From NCBI GenBank assembly GCA_963666315.2, contig CAXXHG010000038.1, forward strand, positions 1-64,000: a DNA stretch of 64,000 bases. Reading direction: 5' to 3'. Both the position numbers and the translations under genes were made by a program. Of this stretch, positions 21,975 to 31,657 are shown in pieces. How positions within the stretch are numbered: the first letter of the stretch is position 1; every line of letters starts with the position of its first letter. Source of the stretch: Candidatus Binatia bacterium (lineage in GTDB: Bacteria > Desulfobacterota > Binatia > Bin18). The notes under the pieces were generated by a model. It did not search any database. It saw only the letters and a list, made by a program, of their open reading frames with translations, and was not told where the DNA came from.

Positions 21975-22193
21975 CTAATTGCGATCAGCCCAATTCTTTC
22001 CCTCTTGGAGGGCATAATCGTCTGCTTCTTCTTCACTGGTAAACGTCTGTTCGCTTTCACGGAGCGGAAAGAATTCATCGACTATCCCATCGATCAACCG
22101 AAAGACCCGTGCTACTGGCTTCCACTCACCCGTATCAAGCTGTTTTGATCGCGGTTCAATGTAAAAGCCTTCATATTCTTCGGTGTCACGCAT
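21975..22193 (-). CDS. Small acidic hypothetical protein
   Basis: 72 aa, EEYEGFYIE..GEW..TFTSEEEA..YAL..GK.W; follows the glutaredoxin on the same strand. Confidence 0.65.
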   Translation of the reverse strand: MRDTEEYEGFYIEPRSKQLDTGEWKPVARVFRLIDGIVDEFFPLRESEQTFTSEEEADDYALQEGKNWADRN

Positions 22194-22229
22194 GTTGAGA
22201 CTTCTTTCTAGGGATGAGGATTGAGGGAG

Positions 22230-22475
22230 TTATGAGGCCTGAAGTCCCAACAGTTCCTGGAGCTTGGCCTTATTGAAGCCAACGATGACTTCCTCGTCGA
22301 CGATAATTACCGGTAGATGCACCCGGCCTGGGAGTTGTTGGAGGCGTTCTTGGGCGGCTGTGTCTGTCGTCACATCGTAGGCTGTGAAATCGATTCCTGC
22401 CTGTGAAAGAAACTCTTTCGCCGCTTTGCACGAGCCTCAGGTCGGTGTGGAGTACACTGCGACGCGTTTGTCCAT
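22230..22475 (-). CDS. Glutaredoxin/NrdH-like protein, probable selenoprotein (UGA = Sec13)
   Basis: MDKRVAVYSTPT-U-GSCKAAKEFLSQAGIDFTAYDVT...HLPVIIVDEEVIVGFNKAKLQELL; TGA at 22437-22439 sits in the CxxC position; GAGGT RBS. Confidence 0.85.
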
Positions 22476-22611
22476 AGGTTACCTCTTGATCGTTTATCGG
22501 GTACCCACAAGAGGTACCCTACAGCTGTGTCTATTATCGTCAAGCAGCTTCTGCGGTCAAGAAGCCCGGTATCCTTGGCCTGGCAGCTCATCTTCAGTAT
22601 AATCAAAAAAT

Positions 22612-25600
22612 ATGAATCGGATCTCGGTTGTAGTACTCGGTTGCTTTGGATTGGTGTCTGTTCTCTCCTCACCGGCGTTCCCGGAGCAGTCTCCCGATAA
22701 AGAGGGATCTCTACCAGGCGCTCATACCCACGGAATTGCATCTCCGAAAACAGATGAGCCCAACGCTTGGAAAGAAGCCGAGTTGTTGACCCATATTCGC
22801 CAGGTCACGTTTGCCGGCAGGCGGGCTGGGGAGGGATATTTCAGCCCGGATGGATCTCAGCTGATCTTTCAGAGCGAGCGCGCCGGCGACAATCCTTTTT
22901 TTCAGATCTACCGTATGAACTTGCAGGACGGTGCAACCCTCAGAATCTCGCCTGGAACAGGCAAGACGACGTGTGCCTGGTTTCATCCTCTTCAAGAAAA
23001 AGTCCTCTTCGCCTCAACGCACGAAGACCCGGATGCGCACAAAAAGCAGCAAGCCGAGGTCGAACGACGTGCCTCAGGAAAGAAGCGCCGCTATGAATGG
23101 GACTTTGATGAACACTACGACCTGTTTGAAGCAGATACACACGGACACAACCTACGCAACCTAACGAACGCGAAGGGGTATGATGCTGAGGGTTCTTGGT
23201 CACCGAACGGACAGCTCATAGTCTTTACCTCAAATCGGCATACCTATGCGGAAACCCTGTCTGAGGAAGACCGGGAGCGTTTTGCCCAGGACCCATCGTC
23301 TCAGATGGATATTTATCTCATGCGGCTCATGCGGACCGACGGCTTAGGGGTACGCCGCCTGACAACGGCCCTGGGCTATGATGGCGGGCCTTTTTTCAGT
23401 CCGGATGGAAAACGCATTGTGTGGCGGCGCTTCTCACCCGATGGTGCACGGGCAGAGGTCTGGACGATGCGTATCGACGGGACGGACAAAAAACAGATCA
23501 CTCGTCTGGATGCGATGTCGTGGGCACCCTACTTTCATCCGTCCGGCGACTATCTGATCTTTACGACGAATCTGCATGGTTTTGATAATTTCGAGCTATA
23601 CATTGTGGATACATACGGCCGCGCTGATCCTGTTCGTGTCACGCATACCAAGGGCTTTGACGGACTGCCTGTGTTTGCTCCGGACGGAAATCGGCTGGCT
23701 TGGACCAGGAGCCGGACGGCGGACAAAAAAGCCCAGATTTTCTTTGCGCACTGGAACGACGCCGGCGCGCGCTGTTTGCTTGGACTTGCGCCGCAGCTGC
23801 CCTCCACCTCTGCGATTCGGACGTGTGAGTTGCGCCGGACCGTTACTGATCTAGCCTCCGAGAAAATGGCCGGCCGGTTGACGGGCACAGAAGGAGAAAG
23901 GCTCGCAACCGAGTACGTCGCCGCTATCTTGGCAAGAAGTGGCCTCGAACCAGCCGGAGATAACGACACGTTTTTTCAGTCTTTTGAGTTCACTGCGGGC
24001 GTATCCCTCGGCCCAAAGAATATCTTGGGTCGATACGTTGGTACGGAACGAGCGGACGAACGGAGGTATGTGATCAACACAGACTGGCGGCCGCTTACGT
24101 TCTCTAAGATTGGTGACTTTGATCCGGCGGCAGTGGTCTTTGCCGGCTACGGCATTGTCGCTCCGGAAACGGATGCATACGAGGAATACGATTCCTTTGT
24201 TCATCTGGATGTGGCGGATAAATGGGTGCTTGTTTTCCGCTATCTGCCTGAAGAAATAGACGCCATACACCGCCAGCATCTCAATCGCTATGCCAGCTTG
24301 CGCTATAAAGCCATGGTCGCTCGGGACCGTGGCGCGCATGGTCTCATTATTGTCAGCGGCCCGAATACCACAGTCAAAAACCAATTGGTCACACTATCAT
24401 TGGATGCGTCTCTTGCCGGGGCGAGTATAGCCGCAGTGTCCATCACGGATGTGCTTGCCGACAAGTGGCTCCGTCAGGCGGGAAAGTCGCTGAGAGATCT
24501 GCAAACTGCGCTTGATACAGGCCGGCCGATGGCCGGATTCCCCATAACAGACCTGAGGCTTGGGGCCGCTATTGATATTCGGCAAGAGAAACGAAATGGG
24601 CGGAATGTGCTCGCACGTTTGCGTGCTAGCTCGGATACACCAGCGACCGGCATGGTCGTTGTTGGTGCGCACATCGATCATCTTGGCAACGGCGTAGGAA
24701 ATGGATCGCTGGCGCGTGAGGGGGAAAAGGGTCAGATCCATTACGGTGCAGATGACAATGCGTCCGGGGTGGCCGCCGTGCTGGGGATTGCTCAATCTCT
24801 TGCTAGGCAGCAGGCGCAAGGAGAGGGTGTCCTTCAAGGGGGGAACGGACTTAAGCGAGATATCCTGTTTGCCTTCTGGTCTGGGGAAGAAATGGGTCTG
24901 CTCGGATCAAGTCATTTCACCAAGACCTTTGGCCAAACGGGAAAAGAGCCTGAGCGGCTCTCGCCTGATATTGTGGCCTATCTCAATCTGGATATGGTTG
25001 GCCGCTTTGATAAGGCCCTGGTTCTCCAAGGCGTAGGCTCAAGCTCGATTTGGCCGAGTGCCATTGAGCACCACAATGCGCCTATCGGCCTCCCGCTGAC
25101 CTTGCACAACGACAGCTATCTGCCGACTGATGCGACGGCGTTTTATCTCAAGGGTGTCCCTATTTTAAATGCGTTTACCGGTGGGCATGCGGAGTATCAC
25201 TCCCCACGCGATACGGTGGAGAAGCTCAACTACCCTGGTCTTACAAAAATCACGCAGCTGATGGCAGGGTTGACGCGATCAGTAGCAAACCGCGCAGAGG
25301 TGCCCGACTATAGAGAGATGGAAAAGCCCCACAGTCCTGCTGGCCGGGTCCGGCTGCGGGCCTACTTGGGAACGATTCCGGACTACACCCAAGGGAGTGT
25401 CACTGGGGTGCAACTCTCTGGTGTGGCAAAAGGCGGACCCGCAGATCTGGCTGGAGTCCAAGGCGGTGATATTGTTGTGACGTTGGCGGGCAAGACGGTA
25501 GAAAATATTTATGATTACACCTATGTGGTCGTTAGTTTGAAAATTGGTGAGCCGGTTGGCATTGCTGTGTTAAGAAATGGTCAGCGGGTCGAGTTGACTA

Positions 25601-25623
25601 TTACGCCTGCGTCGCGGGAATAA
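22612..25623 (+). CDS. Secreted M28 peptidase with TolB-like (PD40) repeats, PA and PDZ domains
   Basis: Signal peptide, repeated FSPDG/WSPNG/FHPSG, GAHIDH, GADDNASG, SGEEMGL, NLDMVG, YH; C-terminal YLGTIPD..GGPA PDZ. Confidence 0.9.
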   Translation: MNRISVVVLGCFGLVSVLSSPAFPEQSPDKEGSLPGAHTHGIASPKTDEPNAWKEAELLTHIRQVTFAGRRAGEGYFSPDGSQLIFQSERAGDNPFFQIYRMNLQDGATLRISPGTGKTTCAWFHPLQEKVLFASTHEDPDAHKKQQAEVERRASGKKRRYEWDFDEHYDLFEADTHGHNLRNLTNAKGYDAEGSWSPNGQLIVFTSNRHTYAETLSEEDRERFAQDPSSQMDIYLMRLMRTDGLGVRRLTTALGYDGGPFFSPDGKRIVWRRFSPDGARAEVWTMRIDGTDKKQITRLDAMSWAPYFHPSGDYLIFTTNLHGFDNFELYIVDTYGRADPVRVTHTKGFDGLPVFAPDGNRLAWTRSRTADKKAQIFFAHWNDAGARCLLGLAPQLPSTSAIRTCELRRTVTDLASEKMAGRLTGTEGERLATEYVAAILARSGLEPAGDNDTFFQSFEFTAGVSLGPKNILGRYVGTERADERRYVINTDWRPLTFSKIGDFDPAAVVFAGYGIVAPETDAYEEYDSFVHLDVADKWVLVFRYLPEEIDAIHRQHLNRYASLRYKAMVARDRGAHGLIIVSGPNTTVKNQLVTLSLDASLAGASIAAVSITDVLADKWLRQAGKSLRDLQTALDTGRPMAGFPITDLRLGAAIDIRQEKRNGRNVLARLRASSDTPATGMVVVGAHIDHLGNGVGNGSLAREGEKGQIHYGADDNASGVAAVLGIAQSLARQQAQGEGVLQGGNGLKRDILFAFWSGEEMGLLGSSHFTKTFGQTGKEPERLSPDIVAYLNLDMVGRFDKALVLQGVGSSSIWPSAIEHHNAPIGLPLTLHNDSYLPTDATAFYLKGVPILNAFTGGHAEYHSPRDTVEKLNYPGLTKITQLMAGLTRSVANRAEVPDYREMEKPHSPAGRVRLRAYLGTIPDYTQGSVTGVQLSGVAKGGPADLAGVQGGDIVVTLAGKTVENIYDYTYVVVSLKIGEPVGIAVLRNGQRVELTITPASRE

Positions 25624-26979
25624 ATGGGACGCGCATTAAATCCCATATGTATTCAAGTTTCCCCTCACCCCAAAAGGGCGAGGAGATTTTTACCTGGTTT
25701 GCTGGTTAGCCTGCTCCCTCTTTTCATACTCTGCTGCTCATCTTTTCTGACGAGCAGCGCAGCCAGTGATCGCCCGCTAGCCTGGATCGCCCAGGGACCC
25801 GGAGGACAATCCGTCGTGCGGGCTGTCACGACGGAAGACGCTTGCCCTGCTGTGCGTGTTGACACACAGCCCTACCCATTGCGGATACGCGCTCGTCCGG
25901 TGTCGTCATCGTTCCCGATCTTGATCTGTGAAGCCACACTACCAAGCCATACGACTCTCGTCACAGTTGAGGGCGTGTTGCTCTCCCTGCCGAAATCTCA
26001 GCCCGAGAAGATCGTTATTCTTGGCGACACGGGCTGTCGAGTCAAAGGCCGACTTGCCCAAGCCTGCAATGATCCTGACGCGTGGCCGTTTGCACGGATA
26101 GCCCTAAGTGCTGCCGCTTGGCAGCCGGACCTGGTCATTCACCTGGGCGACTATTTTTATCGTGACTCGCCATGCCAGATTGGGAATGTCTCTTGCGCCG
26201 GTAGTCCGTGGGGCGACAACTGGGCGGTGGCTCAAGCCGACTTCTTCTCTCCAGCAAGACCCTTGCTACAAGTCGCGCCCTGGATATTCGTGCGGGGAAA
26301 CCATGAGGCCTGTGGTCGGACTGGAGAGGCGTGGTTTCGCTTGCTCGATCCGCGGCCTCTGCGTGAGTACTGTACCGACGAGACCCAACCGTATGTTGTG
26401 CCATTCGGAGAACGAGACCTCTTCGTGCTGGATTCGACGAATGCTCACGATAGTGTTCCCCACCCAGAGAGCGTCACCTACTTTGCACAGCAGTTCGTTA
26501 CATTGGCGGAGCAAAGCAAAAGGCCGGCCTGGCTCCTCTCTCACAAACCGCTGTGGGCGTTCGGTTCCTTGGGACAAGAGAATGGAGTCGATACGCTTTT
26601 TCGGACCAATCCAACACTTCAGGCTGCTGCTCGGCAGTCTTTCGCGCCGACAATTGAATTGATTCTTTCAGGCCATCTCCACAAGGTCGAGTTTTTGCAG
26701 TTTGCCCAAGGTCGGCCGCTCCAGTTTGTCGTTGGCAATGGCGGAGCCTTGCTCGATCCTCCCCTCAGCATGCCTGTGGTGGGAATGAAAATAGCAGACC
26801 GGCAGGTTGTTGGCGCGGAAGTACTCGCTGAGTTTGGATATGTAACCCTGGAACGTGATGGGGAAGGCTGGATACTGACCCCACGCGATGTGCACGGGGC
26901 TGCTCAGAAAATCTGTCAGCTCACGAATGCAGGCCTGGCGTGTGCTCCTCCAAGCCGAGTAGCTCGCCCACGTCAGTAA
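25624..26979 (+). CDS. Metallophosphoesterase (calcineurin-like)
   Basis: GDTG, GDY, RGNHE, SH, SGHLH motifs; N-terminal hydrophobic segment. Confidence 0.85.
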   Translation: MGRALNPICIQVSPHPKRARRFLPGLLVSLLPLFILCCSSFLTSSAASDRPLAWIAQGPGGQSVVRAVTTEDACPAVRVDTQPYPLRIRARPVSSSFPILICEATLPSHTTLVTVEGVLLSLPKSQPEKIVILGDTGCRVKGRLAQACNDPDAWPFARIALSAAAWQPDLVIHLGDYFYRDSPCQIGNVSCAGSPWGDNWAVAQADFFSPARPLLQVAPWIFVRGNHEACGRTGEAWFRLLDPRPLREYCTDETQPYVVPFGERDLFVLDSTNAHDSVPHPESVTYFAQQFVTLAEQSKRPAWLLSHKPLWAFGSLGQENGVDTLFRTNPTLQAAARQSFAPTIELILSGHLHKVEFLQFAQGRPLQFVVGNGGALLDPPLSMPVVGMKIADRQVVGAEVLAEFGYVTLERDGEGWILTPRDVHGAAQKICQLTNAGLACAPPSRVARPRQ

Positions 26980-27700
26980 CCACAATGTCGGCGCCATTTT
27001 GTTTGAGCAAATCCCCGTGGCCTCGGCGATCCACCCCGATAACTAAACCGAAGTTGCCGGCGCGACCTGACTGGACCCCAGATATGGCATCTTCAATGAC
27101 GACCGCGCGTGATGGCTGAACGTCGAGTTTTTGGGCTGCGGCAAGAAATAGATCCGGCGCCGGCTTGCCTACGAGGTGTTCCTGAGCAGCGGTGTTTCCA
27201 TCAACCCGGACCTCAAGCAGCTCAATAATCCCAGCGGATCGTAAAACCAACTCGCAATTTGTGCTCGCTGTGACGACTGCCGTTTTCATTCCGATCTGTC
27301 GGACGTAGCGGGCCAGGGCGACCGTGCCGGGGAAAGCCTCGACGCCGTCGGCGGCAATGACTGCGTTGACTGCGGCGTTCTTGCGATTGCCTAATCCACA
27401 AATGGTTTCCCAGTCGGGGAGGGCGGCCGGGCTGCCTTCCTGCAGATATATCTGGCGCGATTCTAGAAAACTGCGCGCCCCGTCATAGAGTGATTTCCCG
27501 TCAACGTAGAGATTATAATCGGTCTGAATGTCAAAAGGTCGGAATGGGAGGTTTTGAGCTTCGGCACAGCGGCTGAGGAAGGTGTCAAACATTTGCTTCC
27601 AGCATGCTGCATGAATTTTCGCTGTTGCCGTCAGTACCCCATCAAGATCAAAGAGGACGGCATCAAATCGGTCTGGGGTAATGGGCTTGAAATAACTCAT
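26921..27700 (-). CDS. HAD family hydrolase, beta-phosphoglucomutase-like
   Basis: FDLDGVLT, GKPAPD, IEDA; overlaps the convergent gene by 59 bp. Confidence 0.88.
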   Translation of the reverse strand: MSYFKPITPDRFDAVLFDLDGVLTATAKIHAACWKQMFDTFLSRCAEAQNLPFRPFDIQTDYNLYVDGKSLYDGARSFLESRQIYLQEGSPAALPDWETICGLGNRKNAAVNAVIAADGVEAFPGTVALARYVRQIGMKTAVVTASTNCELVLRSAGIIELLEVRVDGNTAAQEHLVGKPAPDLFLAAAQKLDVQPSRAVVIEDAISGVQSGRAGNFGLVIGVDRRGHGDLLKQNGADIVVTDVGELLGLEEHTPGLHS

Positions 27701-27970
27701 ACTCTGATGCTTCTGCTAACTATCCCCTCTTCACTCTCCACCCAGCCCTAGAAAGCGTCAGCATATCATAGTTCTGATACGATTGTTACTCGAACAGGTC
27801 ATCCATATTTCATACTAGAGATACTTTCATGACATCCCGGTGTTCATAAGTCTGTGCCTCTTCGATCTTTTTTGGTGGCTACGGCCCTGTCTGCATTTTT
27901 TTTCGAACTAAACACCCGCTCAAACGTTTGTGTCTCTAAACGTGGGAATCAGTGTACAAAGGAGTGTCAT

Positions 27971-28330
27971 ATGTATAAACGAATTATCACAGCCGTTGTC
28001 GTCGCAAGCGTGTTTTTCTTGCCTGGTTCGAGCTGGGCGTGGGGCGGGCATCATGGTTACCACCATGGTCACGGATACGGGTATGGCTATGAGATTCCTT
28101 TACTTGCGGGGACGTTAGGAGTTGCAACCGGTATCCTGCTTGGCAGTGCGCTTGCACGTCCCGCTCCTCAGCCGGCTCCTGCGTATGCACTGCCGCCCGG
28201 TGATTCGCATCAATATGGCTATAGTTCGGGATATGACGCTGGGGTGCGTGAAGGCCGAAGAAAACGCTACCAGGATGCTTGGCAAGACGGCTACGACGAA
28301 GGGGTGCAGGCTGGTGAGACCGGGAAATAG
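27971..28330 (+). CDS. Secreted Gly/His/Tyr-rich hypothetical protein
   Basis: AGGAG RBS, signal peptide ending SWA, GGHHGYHHGHGYGYGY, GYD.GV repeats. Confidence 0.7.
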   Translation: MYKRIITAVVVASVFFLPGSSWAWGGHHGYHHGHGYGYGYEIPLLAGTLGVATGILLGSALARPAPQPAPAYALPPGDSHQYGYSSGYDAGVREGRRKRYQDAWQDGYDEGVQAGETGK

Positions 28331-28498
28331 GACTTTCCGAGAGTGCTGGCTGTCGGATCCGGGTCGCAGCTGCGGCGTGAGGTGGCGCAAACGCTGGAAG
28401 AAGTGTGACAGGCGGCCGGCGCGATCCGTATCTTGGCCCACGAACTCCAGCGTCAGCCGGATGCCCTCCTACGGGGTAAAGGGAAGCCCAAGAGATAA
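28331..28498 (+). pseudogene. C-terminal remnant of a PqiB/MlaD-family gene
   Basis: SQLRREVAQTLEEV*QAAGAIRILAHELQRQPDALLRGK; in-frame TGA 28406-28408; directly upstream of pqiC. Confidence 0.7.
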
Positions 28499-28521
28499 GA
28501 GACACAGGACAGGGGTAGGGC

Positions 28522-29145
28522 ATGCACGTGCGGTCGTTGCGGTTCATCTTTATAGCAGGCAGTCTTCTGATCGGCCTGAATGCGGGCTGCAGTCGAACCC
28601 AGCCTCCGACAATCTACGCGCTGGCGTCCCTGTCGCCCGAGACGAGGGCAAGCACGCTGGATCTGCGTGGCACCACGCTGGCCGTCGGTCCGGTGCAGTT
28701 GCCGGAGTATGTGGACCGCCCACAAATTGTGACCCAAGAGAGCCAACATCGCTATGAGTTGGCGGAGTTCGACCAGTGGGCGGAACCGATAGAGGATAAT
28801 TTCTCTCGTGTTTTGATGGACAATTTGTCCAATCTGCTCAGCCCGGTGCAGATCGCGGTGATCCCGTGGCAAAGTGATTTGCCCTCTGCCTACCGGGTGC
28901 AAGTGGACGTGACACGGTTTTCCGGGGCAGTAGGCGCAGAGGCGGCGCTACCGGCGCGCTGGTATATTTTTGGCAACGAGGCCATGACGGTGCTGGTGAC
29001 GCGCCAGTCCAGTTTTAGTGAGGCGGTCAGCGATCAAGAGTACGAAGCGTTGGTGGCGGCGCTGAGTCGCACGGTGGAATCACTCAGTCACGCCATCGCT
29101 GCTGAGATCAAAGCGCTCCAGGAGAATGCGGCGCCTACGCCATAG
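28522..29145 (+). CDS. pqiC: PqiC family lipoprotein
   Basis: Lipobox NAGC, VGPVQLPEYVDRPQIV, WAEP. Confidence 0.85.
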   Translation: MHVRSLRFIFIAGSLLIGLNAGCSRTQPPTIYALASLSPETRASTLDLRGTTLAVGPVQLPEYVDRPQIVTQESQHRYELAEFDQWAEPIEDNFSRVLMDNLSNLLSPVQIAVIPWQSDLPSAYRVQVDVTRFSGAVGAEAALPARWYIFGNEAMTVLVTRQSSFSEAVSDQEYEALVAALSRTVESLSHAIAAEIKALQENAAPTP

Positions 29146-29355
29146 CTCGTGGTGACATACGAGATAGAGTATTCTCGCTTACGACAGAGTTGCCGCCATC
29201 GTCGTCTCCAAGCCCGCGCAGACGCCAGCTTTTACAATCGACGACACTCAGGGTACCTCTCTTGGGCATATTGTCACACGGCTGCTTGAACCCAAGCCAT
29301 ATTCTTGACAAGTAGACGCTGGGTGGATTAGCGTGGGCCACAGGAGGGTCTGCTT

Positions 29356-29619
29356 CTGTCCTCGTCGCATCTATTCGCGCTCGCGTCTGTCCCGCTCGGT
29401 CTTCTTATTGGTGGCATCTTATTGATCGGCATTGGGGACCTGTTTCTGGCTGTTCGTGAGATGACACTCAATAGCAGGGATAGCGTCAGTTCCGACGCGG
29501 CATGGTTAAAGCACGACTATACCGGGCTACGCGTTGCGGGCTGGCTTCTTATCGTCTGCGGAGTCCTGACCGTACTCGGCGGGATAGTGATGGCCTACTT
29601 CGCTGTCTCGTCGCTGTAG
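29356..29619 (+). CDS. Small two-TM membrane protein, possible CTG start
   Basis: AGGAGG 29342-29347 followed by in-frame CTG 29356; two hydrophobic helices. Confidence 0.5.
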   Translation: MSSSHLFALASVPLGLLIGGILLIGIGDLFLAVREMTLNSRDSVSSDAAWLKHDYTGLRVAGWLLIVCGVLTVLGGIVMAYFAVSSL

Positions 29620-29850
29620 CCTTGGATCTCCCAGAAAATTGATGATGGGCATTCCCGACTGATCGGGTGGATTCACCTGGGACTGTTCACGGCGAATCTC
29701 AGCTGAGGAAACGTAAATGTTTCGTATTTTTAGTAGGTTACGGGCTTTGTGGAAAAAGGGATAGGCCGGCGCGGCCCTTGCTCTAGCACATGATATCGCA
29801 CGCCGTGTGGTTGACGGTGGAGTATATTTGGAAATGGAGCTGCTTACGAC

Positions 29851-30144
29851 ATGCGCCTGAACATTCCTCTTCTTGTGTGTATTGGTTTCCTTACTCTGGT
29901 TACTGTTCCTCTGGTGAAGGGATCGCAAAAGGCTATCCCATTTATCACCATTGCCGAGCCTCCTATTGGGACGCAAACGCTGGAGCCTCTGTATGAGAAG
30001 CCGATTGTCTTTTTTCGAGAAGAGGCCGACGTGCTCGTATTTCACCCAAATGGAGACATTATCCACCGAGGCAGAAAAGTGACGAACGACCAGGAGATCG
30101 TTCTGGCTTTGCAAGAACTGCTGTATCTCTCGCCGTGCCACTAG
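29851..30144 (+). CDS. Small exported hypothetical protein
   Basis: GGAG RBS, N-terminal hydrophobic helix. Confidence 0.5.
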   Translation: MRLNIPLLVCIGFLTLVTVPLVKGSQKAIPFITIAEPPIGTQTLEPLYEKPIVFFREEADVLVFHPNGDIIHRGRKVTNDQEIVLALQELLYLSPCH

Positions 30145-30600
30145 AGTGGCGCGACGATTTCTACTCTTCTCTGAAATAAGGAAGAAAGACGAGCGGCAAA
30201 GTCGCATCTCACAGGACGGCATTAACGCCTACCGCTCTTTCGTGCACCCCCTTAGCATCGGTCCGGTTCACTGTCCCTTTAATCCTTTCCTGTGGTTCCT
30301 GCTGGTGTCCCCAATAACGAGAAAAGTGCTGTAAAATGTGCCTGTTGCCGCTGTCTCAGGGGGATAAGCTCTTTTCATCAGGGTGGTGGTGTGGTAGGGG
30401 TGAGCCGTCTGTACGGCCTTGTACGGCGTCGAACAGGACCACCATACTGGGGAGAGAGGACTGTCTTATACCTATGGGTAGACCCTATCAGTGAGACATC
30501 GCCTATGCGTTCAGACTGATATTTCCACGGCTTGAACCGCACCTCGGGAGCCCGACATCGTCGGATCTTGAGTCCGGACAAGAAGAAAGGAGGCACTCTA

Positions 30601-31392
30601 TTGGCAGGCATACAATGGAAGGAAGAAAAATTACAGGTTGGTGATACTGAACTGACTGTTATCCAGGGAGGCTCGGGAAGTCCTTTAATAGTTCTGCATG
30701 AAGAGCTTGGTCATCCCGGCATTACCCGTTGGCACGAGGAAATGGCCCGCGATCATACGGTCATGATCCCGCTCCTGCCCGGATTTGGACGGAGTCCGCG
30801 GGTTGAATGGGTGCGCGATGTGCGCGACATGGCCGGCCTGTATGGACATATCCTCAGAGAGCATAATCTTGCGCCGGCGAATGTGATCGGCTTCTCGCTG
30901 GGAGGCTGGATAGCGGCTGAAATGGCGGCCTGTAACGCGGCACAATTGCGGCGTTTGATCTTAGTCGCACCCTTTGGGATACGTCCTCCAGAGGGTGATA
31001 TCTGCGATATGTTTCAGGTCACGGCCAAGGCCTATTTGGATACCGGCGTGCATAATATTGAAGGCACGCCCGAGTTCGCAAAACTGTATGGCGGCGAGCC
31101 GAACCCGGAACAGTTCGAAGCCTGGGAAGACGCCCGGGCCGAAGGTGCGCGTATTGCCTGGGTGCCGTATATGTTTAATCTGAGTTTAGGACCGCTACTC
31201 GAATGCAGCGATACCGTCCGGACTTTGATCATGTGGGGGAAAGAGGACCAGATCGCGCCGGTGAGCGCGGCTGAGGTCTACCAGAAGTCTATCGCCGGAT
31301 CGGAACTGGTCGTCCTCGATGGGTGTGGCCACCGTCCCGAGGTTGAGCAGGCTGATACGTTTGTTGAGAAGCTGCGCCGCTTCCTGGCGTAG
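30601..31392 (+). CDS. alpha/beta fold hydrolase
   Basis: AGGAGG + TTG start, PGFGRS, GFSLGG, WGKED, GH. Confidence 0.85.
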   Translation: MAGIQWKEEKLQVGDTELTVIQGGSGSPLIVLHEELGHPGITRWHEEMARDHTVMIPLLPGFGRSPRVEWVRDVRDMAGLYGHILREHNLAPANVIGFSLGGWIAAEMAACNAAQLRRLILVAPFGIRPPEGDICDMFQVTAKAYLDTGVHNIEGTPEFAKLYGGEPNPEQFEAWEDARAEGARIAWVPYMFNLSLGPLLECSDTVRTLIMWGKEDQIAPVSAAEVYQKSIAGSELVVLDGCGHRPEVEQADTFVEKLRRFLA

Positions 31393-31399
31393 CCCTCTT

Positions 31400-31430
31400 G
31401 CCATGCCTTCACTTGTAGTGAGGGCATGGC
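31400..31430 (+). terminator. Stem-loop after hydrolase gene
   Basis: GCCATGCCTTCAC-TTGTA-GTGAGGGCATGGC; no clear U-tract. Confidence 0.5.
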
Positions 31431-31657
31431 GTAACGGCTGATCTTCTGATCTTGTAATCTCCTACTCTTGGGTTCATCCTTCTACCGATGGTGCGCATCC
31501 TTATATAGTTCGTTGGTGACAATGCTCTACCGCCAGGTTTTTCCTTTGAAGGTTCACATTCGTATAGATGCAACGCATCCGTACGGCGCTGGGGCAAGGG
31601 GCGAGGAGCGGTGGCCGTGTCTGGTGCGTCGGGTGCCGGAGCGTTTTTTTCTAGTGT

